NCBI GenBank assembly: GCA_028534125.1
Contig: CM052817.1
Coordinates: 53,508,001-53,572,000, forward strand
Direction of reading: 5' to 3'
DNA from: Lama glama
Lineage: Eukaryota
DNA: 64,000 nt
Shown: positions 49,810-61,785 of the stretch, in pieces
Numbering within the stretch: position 1 is the stretch's first letter
How the letters are laid out: every line of letters begins with the position of its first letter
Made by a program: the position numbers and the translations under genes
Notes under the pieces: generated by a model
What the model was told of the DNA's origin: nothing
Databases searched by the model: none
The model's input: only the letters and a program-made list of their open reading frames with translations

Positions 49810-50299
49810 GACAGTGAACATCTATTGTTTTCTGTTGTCCAGCACTTTCTGATAACTATACCCCAATTTTCTTCTCAGTCCATTTGCTTCTGTTAGAGTT
49901 GAGTCCATCTTCCAATACTGTGGGACAAACCTGGAAATTTCAAATTGCATTTGCCTGGTCACAGTAATGGTTAAGGGATAAACATATAACCCAAACTGAG
50001 CTTATGAGATGGAAGAAGATTTTGCTCTTATTTCTGGAAATGATATTCCTATTCGTTTCTGTGAGGCCTGAGGTTATGTAAGAACTGGAGATCCTACAAT
50101 CATCTTGTTACTACTTGGAATGAAAAATGTAAAAGCAAGCCAAGAAATGATGGAAGATACAATGAGTTCTAATGACACTGTTTGCATTGTGAAGCCACTG
50201 GACTTCCTAGTTAGGAGACCCAGTAAGTTTAATTTTGCTTAAGCCAATTTTGATTGGGAGTCTGTCATTTACAAGGCATTAAGAGTCTTGAGTAATGCA
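49810..50299 (+). mobile_element. MaLR solo LTR (MLT1K-like)
   Basis: CCTGGTCACAGTAATGGTTAAGGGATAAACATATAACCCAA...CTGGACTTCCTAGTTAGGAGACC...TTTGCTTAAGCCAATTTTGATTGGG...AAGAGTCTTGAGTAATGCA. Confidence 0.8.
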
Positions 50300-50518
50300 G
50301 AGAAAGATACTCTTTTAACCTAAAAATGTGTAGGAGATATGCCAGCAAATACATCTGCTTTTGGTTATATATGTAACAGAAAAAAATTCTGTGATGTGCA
50401 GATGCAGGATCAGAAGTTACAAAAGGACAGTGAGTTTCACAAAAGAATTTTAGCAGACAAATGCAAGAAGACCCACGTTTCATATTAGAACAGCTAGAGA
50501 ATTCTTACTAGTTTATAA

Positions 50519-51832
50519 TGTAAAGTCTGAAGCCATAACCAGGGATGCTAAAGCTGTGTATCTTTCTACTATGCATTCACAAATTAGTTCAGAGAGGCAT
50601 GTCCACCACCTCTCAATCTGGCAATAAGTACGGCATATGCAACAGGTAGTGCAGGGTGGATACTGAGAAGGAAGGGAATGAGGAGCGTAGAAACCTGAGA
50701 GAGGCCCTACATTCCCTCAAGCATGGATGGCAATGGAACATTTTCCATCTCATCTGTGCCAGGACAAGCCCTCATTGGTAGAATATATTCAGTGAAGCAA
50801 GTAGGAAGCTTTAATGTAATCACTGTATCTCAAGGAAGACAAATTAAGAATCCAAGACCACGGCAGAAGAATGAGTATATTCAAAGGAGAATTTATAAAG
50901 TAGCAATTTATAAAGCAAAGCAAGAAATAACAGGTTTCCAGAGTCCCACAGACAGCTAGCTAGGTGGGCAGGGAAACTCCCTGCCGGGCTGCAAGCAGTG
51001 GCTCCAGTGAGTTCCTTTTTATCTTCTATGGAGAGCAGGAGTGGTAAAGACTGAAGGAACTCTCCCTGGGCAGGCAGAGCAGCTTTTGGTCCGTCTCCCT
51101 GCCCGCTTCTTGAGCACAGAAGGAGAAAGACATCATTTTCAATACCATAGAGACAACAAGAAAGCAGGAACTTTCTGGACACTGAGAAAAATTGGGTCAT
51201 CTCTTATTTGTTCCCGTGAGGCCAGTCCATGGTCAGAGAACCACTTCCAACCTCCTTTCCACCTGTTATCGCCAATCAGTACCGGAAGTAGAGGGACCCA
51301 AGTGACTTAATATAGGAACAGAGAGTTGAGCACCAGAAAAAAGATTCTCAAAAGGACAGAAAATCATTTCAGTGGGCTGAGAACTAATAGGGCAAGAGAG
51401 GAAAAACGGATCTAGAATAAAGGGGTTTCACTCACTAGGAAGCTACGGCCAAGTAGGTTTGAAGGTAAAGAGCTAACGTCCTAAGTTTTATGGAGAAAAT
51501 GGGCCTGGTGGGGCTGGTGGTGTGGGAATGCTTTTTGGTGTAAGGAAGTCCTCCCCCACCTCCAACATTCTGTGGACTTTATGGATAATGCTTTTTCATT
51601 TGAACCCCAAATAAAGGAATTTCTTTTCTCTTTCCCACGTCAGAGCCTCTGTATTCATTTTGAAGTGTTTATATCCTTACTTACCAAATGATGTATTAAT
51701 CTTTCTTCTGATTGTTTTTAATAAATGATTTTATCTGCCTGTATTAGTATTACTTTGCTTAAATGATTAGTTTCTAGAAGCTAGAAATGTTTACCATGTG
51801 ACTCATACCGTACAGACTTTAGGACCCTGATA
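50519..51832 (+). mobile_element. Long ancient solo LTR (~1.3 kb, LTR78-like, ERV1 class)
   Basis: Starts TGTAAAGTCTGAAGCCATAACCAGGGATGCTAAAGC and ends GGACCCTGATA; flanks TATAA/TGTAA (4/5 TSD); internal CCAAT, TATA-like and AATAAA motifs in U3-R-U5 order. Confidence 0.6.
51271..51316 (+). promoter_or_regulatory. Candidate LTR promoter module (NF-Y + ETS + TATA-like)
   Basis: GCCAATCAG (51271-51279), ACCGGAAGT (51281-51289), TAATATAG (51308-51315). Confidence 0.4.
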
Positions 51833-53239
51833 TGTAAGTATTTTTGGTGCTAATTTTGAGAAAAATGGATGCACAAATTCTTTTTAGCTTCAGGAAAAGA
51901 GTAATGCTCATTCTGTAAAAGGATAAAAAGAATAAGAATGAGTCTGACAAAGGTATTATAATTCCTTTTCATTTTACCTTACTGAAAATTTATCAGGTAA
52001 TTTCAGTGAAAATCATGTCTGCTTAGGATTTTGGTGACTTAGTGAGGCAAGCTGTCATAAACAGATTGTGTTTCAGATATTGTTATTTCTGGTGTCTTAT
52101 AAAATCAAGCTCAATAAAGTATAGGGCTTTACATCATCATACTCTGTATAAGCAATAACCTGTTTTAGTATTCACTGAATTATAGTAAATAATTCAGACT
52201 TTGGTTTTTACATCAAACTAATGTTTATGTTTATATAGTGTATTACAGTTAACAAAAGTACTTATATATAAGCAACAAGAGGACCATGAATGAGTTTTAA
52301 CCCCCAAAGTTATTAAATCACTGGTGAAATGAGACAAAAAGGAAACTAAACTATGTCTGCTTTCTTAGCCCACAGGATAAGACTGTTCATGTTTAAAACC
52401 AAACAATCTTGACTCTGAGAAATATAATGATGTTTTACTATTATGTTACATTGTTTTGTTGAGGCCATGGGAACAAAACATAAAACTGGGAATGGAGATG
52501 AGGTTTCTCCTAAAGGAAAATGTACATGCTATCATTCAGGCTCCAGAAATAAATCACGAGTGAGGGTGCAAGCCTGAATCGAGGGTGAGAGGAACACTTA
52601 TTTCTCTCTCTAGATGTAGTCTGAATGCAAGATGTGGAGATCCTGGTAAATTTCAGGAGTTCAGATACTCCTGACCACATGAAGAACAGTGGGAAAGAAG
52701 GCAGGATAAGGAATCCTAAAATAACTTGGAATCCACATATTGTAAAAATCAATTTCTGTGTTGTATTTCCCTAGAACCTAGTTCCCTAGATCTTCTGAAA
52801 AATATTCTTAAAACTGGTCTCAGCTGCACTTTGTAGTAGCATTAGCATCCCCAAATCGGATGCTGTCCCATGCATCTGTTATAGTAGCAGAGGTCTGAAC
52901 CATGGACTAGATGGGGAACGCAACAACCAATCCAGTAGAAAACCTGTGTGTCCAAAGACAGACTATCAGATGACCTGAAAAACAGGCAATCATAAGGTGA
53001 CAGACAGCAACAGACCAGAAGGACTTCAGGGACTTATTTTTGATCACACATGAGGCAGCGCCCTGGACATCTCCTTTGGGTGAAAGTCATTGTGAAGAGG
53101 TTGGATTGCTAACAGTTAGGCCAGTGAGAGCTCAACCCATGATAATCTGGGTATTAAAAATAATTTTGTAATGATAGGTTGGCAAGGTCTGGGAAACTGG
53201 TAGTAATATAACATTTTCTCAGTCATATCCTATTAGTTT

Positions 53240-53898
53240 CCAAATGACATTTAGGCTGTATCTTTATCACTTCAAATGTCTACTTCATGCCTTATCCATT
53301 GTCAATGTCTTAGTTTAGGTCAGTGCTATCTTTTGCCTCATTTATCACAACAACCACCTAGACAGAATCCCTCCCCATCCTATTGTAATATTGCCAAATG
53401 ATCTTAATAAAATGTCTATCCCATTATGCCACTGTCTTTTTAAAATTCCTCACTGCTGGCTTCACATGCCAAACATTATGGTATATAAAGCCCTTACTGA
53501 CTTGGCTGCTATTTACATATTCATTCAGGACTCTACCTTTGCCTCAGTGAGCACAACAACTATGTGCAGTACCATTAACACCCAGTGCTCTTTCTTGACG
53601 CCAAATTTTTTCATGTTATTCCCTCACCTAGAAGGCCCCACCCACCACCCACTTTTATTATCAAATTTTTATTCCTACTTTATCTGCATCTTTCTCTCAA
53701 CAGAACATCTCTTTGAGAAGTCTTCCTGATTCTTGCCCATCACTATGTACACAGAATGGGTTCTCTCCTCAGCTTACGCAAGGATACTATTAGTATTGCC
53801 TATTGTTTCTTAGAGGGAAAGACAATGTCTTGTTCACTCCAGCTCCTGTACCAGTCCAGATACACAGTAGGTGGTCAAGAAATATCAGTTGAATACAT
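53240..53898 (+). mobile_element. L2 3' portion
   Basis: TATAAAGCCCTTACTGACTTGGC, GAGAAGTCTTCCTGA, CTTAGAGGGAAAGACAATGTCTTGTTCAC, CACAGTAGGTGGTCAAGAAATATCAGTTGAAT. Confidence 0.75.
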
Positions 53899-53914
53899 TA
53901 ATTTTTTTCATCAG

Positions 53915-54085
53915 TAACACAATCACTGTGAGTTAGAAGTAATTATTATCCCACTTTGCAACCATGAAAACTGAGTTTAAGAAATATTAAATGAGTTTTC
54001 CAATGTAGCAGAGGTAATCAATGACCCAGGCAGGATTCAAACTTGGATCTTTTGGCTACAAACTCAGTACTTTCTCTGCTCTATT
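53915..54085 (-). mobile_element. MIR
   Basis: ATTATTATCCCACTTTGCAACCATGAAAACTGAG...GGCAGGATTCAAACTTGGATC. Confidence 0.75.
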
Positions 54086-54241
54086 GTCCAGCCTTATAGC
54101 ATTCATGTATAGTGTACTATACATTTCTCTACAAAAATGTCATTTTGCTGGAGAGCTATAATCAAGATTTTAAAATTCAATATTGCAAAGATGCTATTAC
54201 AGGAGAAAGAGCAGATATGTGAATAGGGTTAAATCTATCCA

Positions 54242-54310
54242 CATGGTTCTCACACTTTAATGTGTATTGGAATTACCTGGGAGACTTACGAATACACAGA
54301 TTGCCCAAAG
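54242..54310 (+). mobile_element. MER5 5' fragment
   Basis: CATGGTTCTCACACTTTAATGTGTATTGGAATTACCTGGGAGACTTACGAATACACAGATTGCCC. Confidence 0.55.
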
Positions 54311-55790
54311 ATGGTAAAAAGAGATTAAATAGGCACTTATTCAGCTCTGTAATTCTACGGTTCTACTTATGGGAAACCTCTAAGAAAGCTTCTCTACAAC
54401 TTTTCTTTTCCAACTTTTTTAATTTGTTTCTCTATTTTCCCTACACTGTACACTAGTGATAAAAAGGAAATTTTGAATCAACCAGATATTCAGAAAATTG
54501 GTCCAAACAAGGCTTAACCCTAGTACTGGCGGGAACCCACCTTGGTCCTGCCAATTTTTTTCTGGTTGTCCAAAGACTCCGGGAGTGTGGAAACCACAAA
54601 CATGGCCACAGTGGCTACATTCCAAGATTTGCTACATTCACTTGCCATCTTGAATAGTAAATGTCCAGAAACTTGAAATGGGTAGCAATATTCCTTCCAC
54701 ACCCAGGCATGAATGAGATCTAAATGTGCGAAAAGCTCAGAGCTGGAACCTAGTAGTCTTTACACTGATCACAGATGCCTACAAACATATTTGCCAAGGA
54801 AGCTAATGAAAAACACTTCACCACAATAGACATCTCAATTTAGGAACACAGTTCCTTTCTACTTCATTTTTTACTACAAAAATTCTGATTTTGAATGTTT
54901 GTTTGTTTTGCTGGTTTTGTTTTCTTCCATGCATCTGTTCATTTGTTTAAGTAAAATTGTCTAAGTTTTGCTTCTGTTTCCTCCAGTTATAATGTCACAT
55001 CTGCTTACCATCTTTATTGTAAATTGATTTGTGATAAATGACAATTTCATGCCTAACCCTTCAGCTTACAGTTTGGAGTTAGTATACAAAATCAAAAATC
55101 AAAATATTACCCTTCTGCCATTGTCTAAGATTCTAGGGCCACACTAAACTTAAATTCTTTTCATATATGTGTCTTTCTTCTTTCTTCCTTCCCAAATAGG
55201 AAATGTATACTGCTTATCCACTGCCTAGTCTAGTGTAGACCTTCAATATGCACTTGTGAAATAGTATTTATACTGTAGTAGGCAGGCATCTGAGGCCCAA
55301 CTTGCAAGATGCTGGCCACAGTGGATTAGAAGCAAATTCTACTTAAAGTTGATAAAATAAAAGAAACAAATACTTCGCATTTTGCAAATCACAGTTACCA
55401 CAGTGCCCCGTATGTCAAATATTTTCCAAAGTAGTCTCTGAAGAATCCTTTGCTAATGAGCATTAGAATCGACAATTCCCAGAGGGTCAGCTAAATATCT
55501 AAAATATGATCTCCCGACTGGGGATGGTCCACCTTTCCCCTCCACACATGGGCTCCTCTGCCGAAAGTCCTAGTTCAGTGGATTCTCCTCACCTCAGCTG
55601 TGTAGTGGTTTCACAGATACTAGCCAGGGAATCTCCTATTTCTCTTTCTGATCTAGCCTATGATTACAATGCCTTCAGAGAAGTGTCATCAGATTAGCAA
55701 GTTCCAAGTTGGAACGGCATATCCGTAACACTTATTTCCTTCTCAAATTTTCAAATGCTAATATAATAGGATACAGAGATAATATAGTGC

Positions 55791-55969
55791 CAGGGGTCTG
55801 ACTTTTTTGTGTGCCTCAAAATCACCTGGAGAATGTGTAATACACAGATTGCCAGACCTCATCCTCAGAGATTCTGATTCAGTAGCTCTAGGTTGGGGTC
55901 TGAAAATTTGCACATCTTACAAGTTATATCAATGCTGCTGGGCTGACAACCACACTTTGAGACCCACGT
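55791..55969 (+). mobile_element. MER5A (hAT-Charlie MITE)
   Basis: AATCACCTGGAG...CAGAGATTCTGATTCAGTAGCTCTAGGTTGGGGTCTGAAAATTTGCA...CCACACTTTGAGACCCAC; 8-bp flanks TATAGTGC/TGTAGTGG (6/8). Confidence 0.85.
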
Positions 55970-56212
55970 TGTAGTGGAAGGAGCACCAACGTTAGAAGCA
56001 GAAACTTGATTCTGAATCACAACTGCTTTCTTTGCTAGCTGTGTGACATTGTGCAAAAAAATCTGGTAACTTAAATCTTCAGAATCCTCACTTGCATTCA
56101 TGAAAGACGGCAATCAGTACTACTTAGGGATAGTGTGGGGATTCAAGTAAAACGAGAAACACACACATGACATTAGCCCAGTATCTGACTAAAAGAAGTG
56201 TTCTATGAATGT
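55970..56212 (+). mobile_element. MIR
   Basis: TGTAGTGGAAGGAGCAC...TGCTAGCTGTGTGACATTGTGCAA...GTGTGGGGATTCAAGT...GTGTTCTATGAATGTT. Confidence 0.75.
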
Positions 56213-56874
56213 TCACTTTCTTTCTTCCCTCTTTTCTCTATTCTTCCCAGCTCAGCTGGTCTCTTCACAAAGGAACAGCAACCTTTCCACTCTGAGCAAC
56301 AGCAAAGCCAGTATCACTGCCTCAAGCCCAAGATAGGTGCTCTGTCTCTTAAATATAGTACTTGTAATCCTTCTGTAATCCTTCCCTTCTTCTTTCTCTA
56401 AGAGCTGTCAAAGGGCTCCAGCTGCCTCCCAATTACTCTTATTAAGTTCTGTGTAAAAATAACCAAATGATAAAAGGTTTCTTTCTAATGACAAACACTG
56501 ATCACTGGCTATAAACTCATTTGAAGGTGGTCTGTTTAAAAGTTCTCAAACCCTGCCTATCTTTGAAAGCCTTCTAAACAATGCAAAATTAACTTGAGCA
56601 CAAGGAAACTCAGATTTGTTCATTCTCAGCAAAGGGCAACGTAGGCGAGCGAGAGTTTGTTAAATTCTTTTTCCTTTTCAGAGTAGTTTTATATTGAATT
56701 AAGTAAAAATATGTTAACCAACAGGATTATGCCTTCTCCAAACTTTTCTTCAGATTTCCATTTTCAGTCTTAATTTGATCTCTTGGCTGTGAGTATGTAA
56801 TGCCTGAACAGTTAGAAGTAGGGGAGGAGTGGGGCAGGATGGAAAGAGATGACAAGTACCTACTATAAACTTCA

Positions 56875-57100
56875 CTTTTTACTGAGTGTTCACTTTGTAT
56901 GAAGCATTAGGCTGAGGTATTTTGCTTATACTCCCTTGTTTGATCTTACAGTAATCCTGTCAGGTTGAAAAGTATTTTACCCCATTTATATAAGACAAAA
57001 CTGGGGTTATAAGAGGTAAAGCAATTGTACACAGCTAGTAAGTTAGCAGGGTCAGGATCCAAATTTAGTTCTCTAGTATTTCTGTTCTTAATCATTGCAT
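56875..57100 (-). mobile_element. MIR
   Basis: TTTACTGAGTGTTCACTTTGT...TTTGATCTTACAGTAATCCTGTCAGGT...CCCCATTT...ACACAGCTAGTAAGT. Confidence 0.75.
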
Positions 57101-57191
57101 CAAACTCTTTTTATTGGCATTGAAGAGACCCTAAAGAATCCCTATTCCTAAACATTCAGGCTGATATATTCAAGGGTAAATTTGAATGAAA

Positions 57192-57320
57192 ACACACACA
57201 CACACACACGCTAATATGGCAAACCTTAACAATTGCTGAGCCTACATGAAAAGTATCAGGGGTTTATTGCATTATTTCTTTGCTGTATATTTTAATATTT
57301 TTATAATAAAAAGCTGAATT
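57192..57320 (+). mobile_element. L1MC/ME 3' end fragment preceded by (AC)9
   Basis: AATATGGCAAACCTTAACAATTGCTGAGCCTA...GTTTATTGCATTATT...ATATTTTTATAATAAAA. Confidence 0.55.
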
Positions 57321-58229
57321 AAAAGAAGCACTCAAACTTCATAAGGTGATAACATTGAGATGAGTTCAGGCAGGACATGGATGTAAAAATAATAGAAGGC
57401 AGAATGCAAAGAGTATAGAGAAGAGGTCATGGGATGAATTGAAATTCTTTGAATTAATGCCTATGTGCAAGTCTTCCCTTAATGTCCTTGGCCTTTATCA
57501 TTCATCTCTATAGCTTTGATTATCTAAATATCTTCCTACACTCTTCTTAGGCATCTGCAGTTGTCATGAACATTCACTTACTCATTTCAATAATAAAAAT
57601 CATCTTCTAGTGGTCCTAAGAGAATTACCAGAGTACATCTCTTTTTTTCTTTCCTATATAGCTTTACAATTTACATGTTCTGCCAAACTGATGATTATTT
57701 CAGAAATTACAATGAACTTTTCTATTCAATCCAAGCAGCCATTTGCAGAATGTATTTTTTTTTTAAGTAAAGCAAAGTTAAAATAAACTAAATTCAATGA
57801 TATTTACATAATAATACTTGGGTCATAATTTTTCCATAGCATAATTAAGATAAAGTGACCTTTATCCTGTATAGCCTCTTATTACTAAAGATCCTGGATT
57901 TAAACAGTCACTATCATAATTTATTTAAATGAATGTGAGATACATCACCCAGGAGGCATGCACTATAATGATTAAATTTAACACAAAAGCCAGGCCTGTC
58001 TTTTTTCATATCTATCAACAACATATCTTACATGTAATTGATTCATAAAATATAATAATTCACCAGAAAATTTTAAATGCCTGTAATTTCCCTCTAGGCT
58101 GTAGGCCCAGTCATGTAATTAGAACCAGAACTGTCTGGGTATGAAAATGTTTACGGCAACCCAAAGAAATCCAGAAATTCTGAAGACAAGGCCCAATTAT
58201 TTCCTTTTGAGAGCTGGTCCTGTAAGAAC

Positions 58230-58470
58230 AGCGTGGAGTGAAGATAAGAAGCTTGAGCTATGGAAACAGCCTGGCTTGTGTTTAAATTATTATCTCAAAA
58301 ATCACTCTACGCCCTTGGGAAATTTATTTGACCTCTCTAACTCTCAAGTTATTCATTGTTAAATGGAAATAATGATAGCAACTATTAGATAATATTGTCA
58401 TGGGGATCAAACAAAATGACTCGTGTAGGATGCATCAAACAGGGCCCACTGATAATTAAGCACTTACTGC
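58230..58470 (+). mobile_element. MIR
   Basis: CCCTTGGGAAATTTATTTGACCTCTCTAACTCTCAAGTTATTCATTGTTAAATGGAAATAATGATAG...TTGTCATGGGGATCAAA. Confidence 0.75.
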
Positions 58471-58499
58471 TTCATGAGAATCCTCATTACCATTATTTT

Positions 58500-58915
58500 C
58501 ATGTAGACTTATCAGGGCATCTCAAACTCACAATGCCCAAAACCAAACTTATCCTTATCCTGTCCACTTTTGCTCCTTCTTCTCTAGTCTTTATCCTAAT
58601 TAACAGAACCATGATCCACTGCATTCCTTCAAGACTGGACTCCAGCAGGAGAAATCTGCTTCTTATTTCATCACAATATCTATTCAGCAATCACACTGGA
58701 TCAATGACTAATAGCTCACAAATCTGCCTTCTCTCCTCCGTATCCTCTGATACCAACTTAATTTGGGCCCTCATCAATTCTCATCTGATCACTGCAATAT
58801 CTCATTTCTTCCAGTCTGGCTCACTCCAGTATGTTCCCCACAAGGTTTCCATATAGTAATTCTTTAAAATAACTATCATTTTACTTTCTTTTAGAAAATC
58901 GTACCATGACTTCTA
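58500..58915 (+). mobile_element. L2 fragment (post-RT region)
   Basis: GGCATCTCAAACTCACAATGCCCAAAACCAAACT translates as HLKLTMPKTKL, cf. L2 HLKLNMSKTEL; followed by the typical L2 3' sequence. Confidence 0.75.
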
Positions 58916-58994
58916 AAGAAGAGCCTTTGGGTTTTTGTTCAGACATGACAAATCAAACACATGTGATAACCTCTATTCCTTACTAAAATCTTTC

Positions 58995-59903
58995 TATATT
59001 TGTTACCCATGGTTATGAAATAAATAATCCCAATTTAGCAGCTTAAGACAACAAACATTTATTATCTCCCAGTTTCTGTGGGTCAGTATCTTAGTCCATT
59101 CAGGCTGCTATAAAAAAAATTACATAAACTGGTAAACTACAGAAATGTATTTCTCATAGTTCTGGAAGTCAAGAAATCCAGCAGATTCTGTGTCTCGTGA
59201 AAGCTTGCTTCCTGGTTTACGTACACTTTTTTGCTGTATCCTCACTTGATGGAAGGGGTCAAGGGCTCTCCCTGGGATTTCTTTTTTAAGGGCACTAATA
59301 CCACTCATGAGGGCTCTGTCCTCATGATCTAATCACCTTCCAAAGGCCCCAACTCCTAATACCATTACCTTGGGAGTTAAGATTTCAACATATAAATTTG
59401 GTGGGTGGGAGGGACACATACTTTCAGTCTATAGAAGTCAGAAACTTGAGTGCAGCTTATCTGAGCAACCAGTGGGGCTGCTGCAGACTTGAAATGGGAG
59501 AGGATCTGCTTCTAAGCTCATTCATGAGGCAGAACTCAGTTGCCCCCAGCCTACTGCACTGAGGACCCACATTCCTTGCTGATTATTGTCCAGAGGCCTC
59601 CTTTGCTTTTTGCCAGGTGGGCTCCTATATAGGGCAGCTCACAATACAGAAACTTTTGCTTCCCTCAGAGCTAATGAGAGAGCAAGAATGAGAGTGAGAG
59701 CAAGAGAGACAGAAAGTAAGATCAAAGTCAAGGTATCTTTGTAACCTAATCTCAGAGGTGACATCCTATTAGACATGTCATACCTTATTCTCTAGAAGTC
59801 AGTCACTAGGTCCAGCCCATATTTAAAGGGAGGAGGTTACACAACAGCATGAATGCCAGGAGGCAGTGATTACCAGAGGCCATTTCAGAGACTGCCTACC
59901 AAA
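58995..59903 (-). mobile_element. MaLR solo LTR (MLT1F-like), outer element
   Basis: TTAGCAGCTTAAGACAACAAACATTTATTATCTCCCAGTTTCTGTGGGTCAG | ...GAGGATCTGCTTCTAAGCTCA...TAACCTAATCTCAGAGGTGACATCC...GGCCATTTCAGAGACTGCCTACCAAA. Confidence 0.88.
59087..59436 (-). mobile_element. MaLR solo LTR (MLT1A0-like), inner element
   Basis: TATCTTAGTCCATTCAGGCTGCTATAA...AAGGGCACTAATACCACTCATGAGGGCTCTGTCCTCATGATCTAATCACCTTCCAAAGGCCCC...TTCAGTCTATAGAA; perfect 5-bp TSD GTCAG at 59082-59086 and 59437-59441. Confidence 0.92.
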
Positions 59904-61489
59904 CCCTTTAAATCAATAATAAAAGGATGAAAAAGGAATTAAGCCACAAGAACAAAGTGAATGGGAAAAGCAACAACTGACAAGAAACCGAGAAAGAAAC
60001 CGGACTAATAGTATATGATTTAATAGCTCAGAAAAAGCCACAACTTAAACTCTTAAGATGCTTTAGTAACTCAGAGAAACCTAAAACCTAAACCTATAGG
60101 AGATAAAGTCAAACAGAAGCTAAGCCATTCCTCCCTAACTCATAAATTCTCTTCAGAAAGCTAATGGTGAAGGTAGTCCACCAAAATGAGGGAATCAGTC
60201 AGTACAGAATTCAAAAAACAATAGATGCAATGCTGGTCAAAGAAAGAGATTTTCAAAGCGATCATGTGAGAAACAAGTTCAAGAGCAAACAGTTGAAACT
60301 AGAGCAGCAGCACAAAGTGTTCTGAGAGTCCTGTCTGCTAGAAGGAAGTTAAATGGGTAGAATATCCAATGTGTTTGAACATTGAACACATCCAGGAGTT
60401 ATTTCCAATTCTATCAGAGAACTTAGGGATAAATGACTGATAGGGTGGACAGAAAGCTAAGCAAATTAAAATGTATTATTGAGTATATTAAAAAAAAGAT
60501 GTAAAACAAAGAGAAAAATAATCATAGTACATGGTATGTCTTGGTTGTAAAACATAGTCACAGTTTTTTTTTTTTACTATTAACCAAAAATTGTATTTTA
60601 AGTATATTCAAACAATAGAAGGAAGTAAATTTGTATATATGAGAAAGGGAGGGAGAAAAGCAGGTAAAGATTTATTTCATTACAGAATATCAATGTCAAA
60701 CTTTTTTAAAAATCATAAATAAAATTGTAACAAATAGTTGGAACCATATAAGCACATTCCTCAAACCCTCCTGAACTCCACTGTGGAATCTAATCCCAGA
60801 CACCTGATACTCTATATAAACTCACCAAATTAAAATTAATTTCAAATAAATTCCTGTGCAAAATCTTTGATACTTTGTTCCTTTAAGAAGGAATTCATTA
60901 TTAGATGCAACATATCCTACTTGCAAGTTTATATAGGATTCATCATGAAATACAAATGGTACTATTGTCCTGCAGAAAGACAAACAAACACAAAAAAGAC
61001 AATAAACCCAATGATGGTGTGGATCTCCTAGTTCTTATTATACTATCTCCCATTTGCTTTGTGTGGAAAGTTACCTGGCCTAAAAGATTTGTTCCAACTT
61101 TAGGTAAATGATTTAAACTTTATGTCTTTAGTTCTGTAAGACCAGGTGGGGGGATATGCAACCCAGACTTGGAGAAATAGTTTTTAAACATGACCAAAAA
61201 ATCAAATTCACAAATTTCAAAAAGAATGAAAAAAGTATCGGTATACATGTGCTATTTAGAATACAGAAACAAATGTCGGGGGAAAAAAACCCACCATAAA
61301 GTGGAAGCTTCCAGGTGGAACAAGATGGGGACAGCTATTTTTATAATCCTTATAGGATGACTCTTACTTTTTAAACTTGATATATGTATTATCTGGAGGC
61401 AAGTAATACTTATATTTTTAATAGGTCCTTCAGAATTAAACCCATTAAAGAAAAGGTTGACTTTGATTATCTTTTTCAACATCTCTTCA

Positions 61490-61785
61490 AACTTCACATC
61501 TTCCACCAGTGTCCCAGCAGTATTAAATTATATGCAGTTTCCCAAAATCTGTCTTCTTGTGTCTGTATGGCTTTTCCCAGGCCATTTTTTCCCCACACAT
61601 TCATACTCCCTCTGCCCAACACTTTCTCCTTCCTCTGAATCCTGCTTCGTGGGCTGGACACAACTTAGATTTCATTTCCTCTCAACTGTGACTGTGCAGT
61701 GAACTTGCCCACCTACGTGTCCTCTATGCCCACCAGGTGGGCAAATTTATCACACTATGTTGAATTTATGTAACTTATTAATATT
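61490..61785 (+). mobile_element. L2 fragment
   Basis: TTATATGCAGTTTCCCAAAA...TACTCCCTCTGCCCAACACTTTCTCC...ATTTATCACACTATGTTG. Confidence 0.5.

Larger units (their letters stand above)
58920..60720 (+). mobile_element. HAL1 / old L1M element, internally deleted, interrupted by nested MLT1 LTRs
   Basis: 5' piece (58920-58994) continues at ~59904; 3' part AAGCTAAGCAAATTAAAA...AAATAATCATAGTACA...TTAACCAAAAATTG resembles HAL1. Confidence 0.5.

Noticed and set aside
58395..58856. 153-aa ORF
   Set aside because: A chimera of a MIR end and an L2 remnant (HLKLTMPKTKL), with a non-ATG start.
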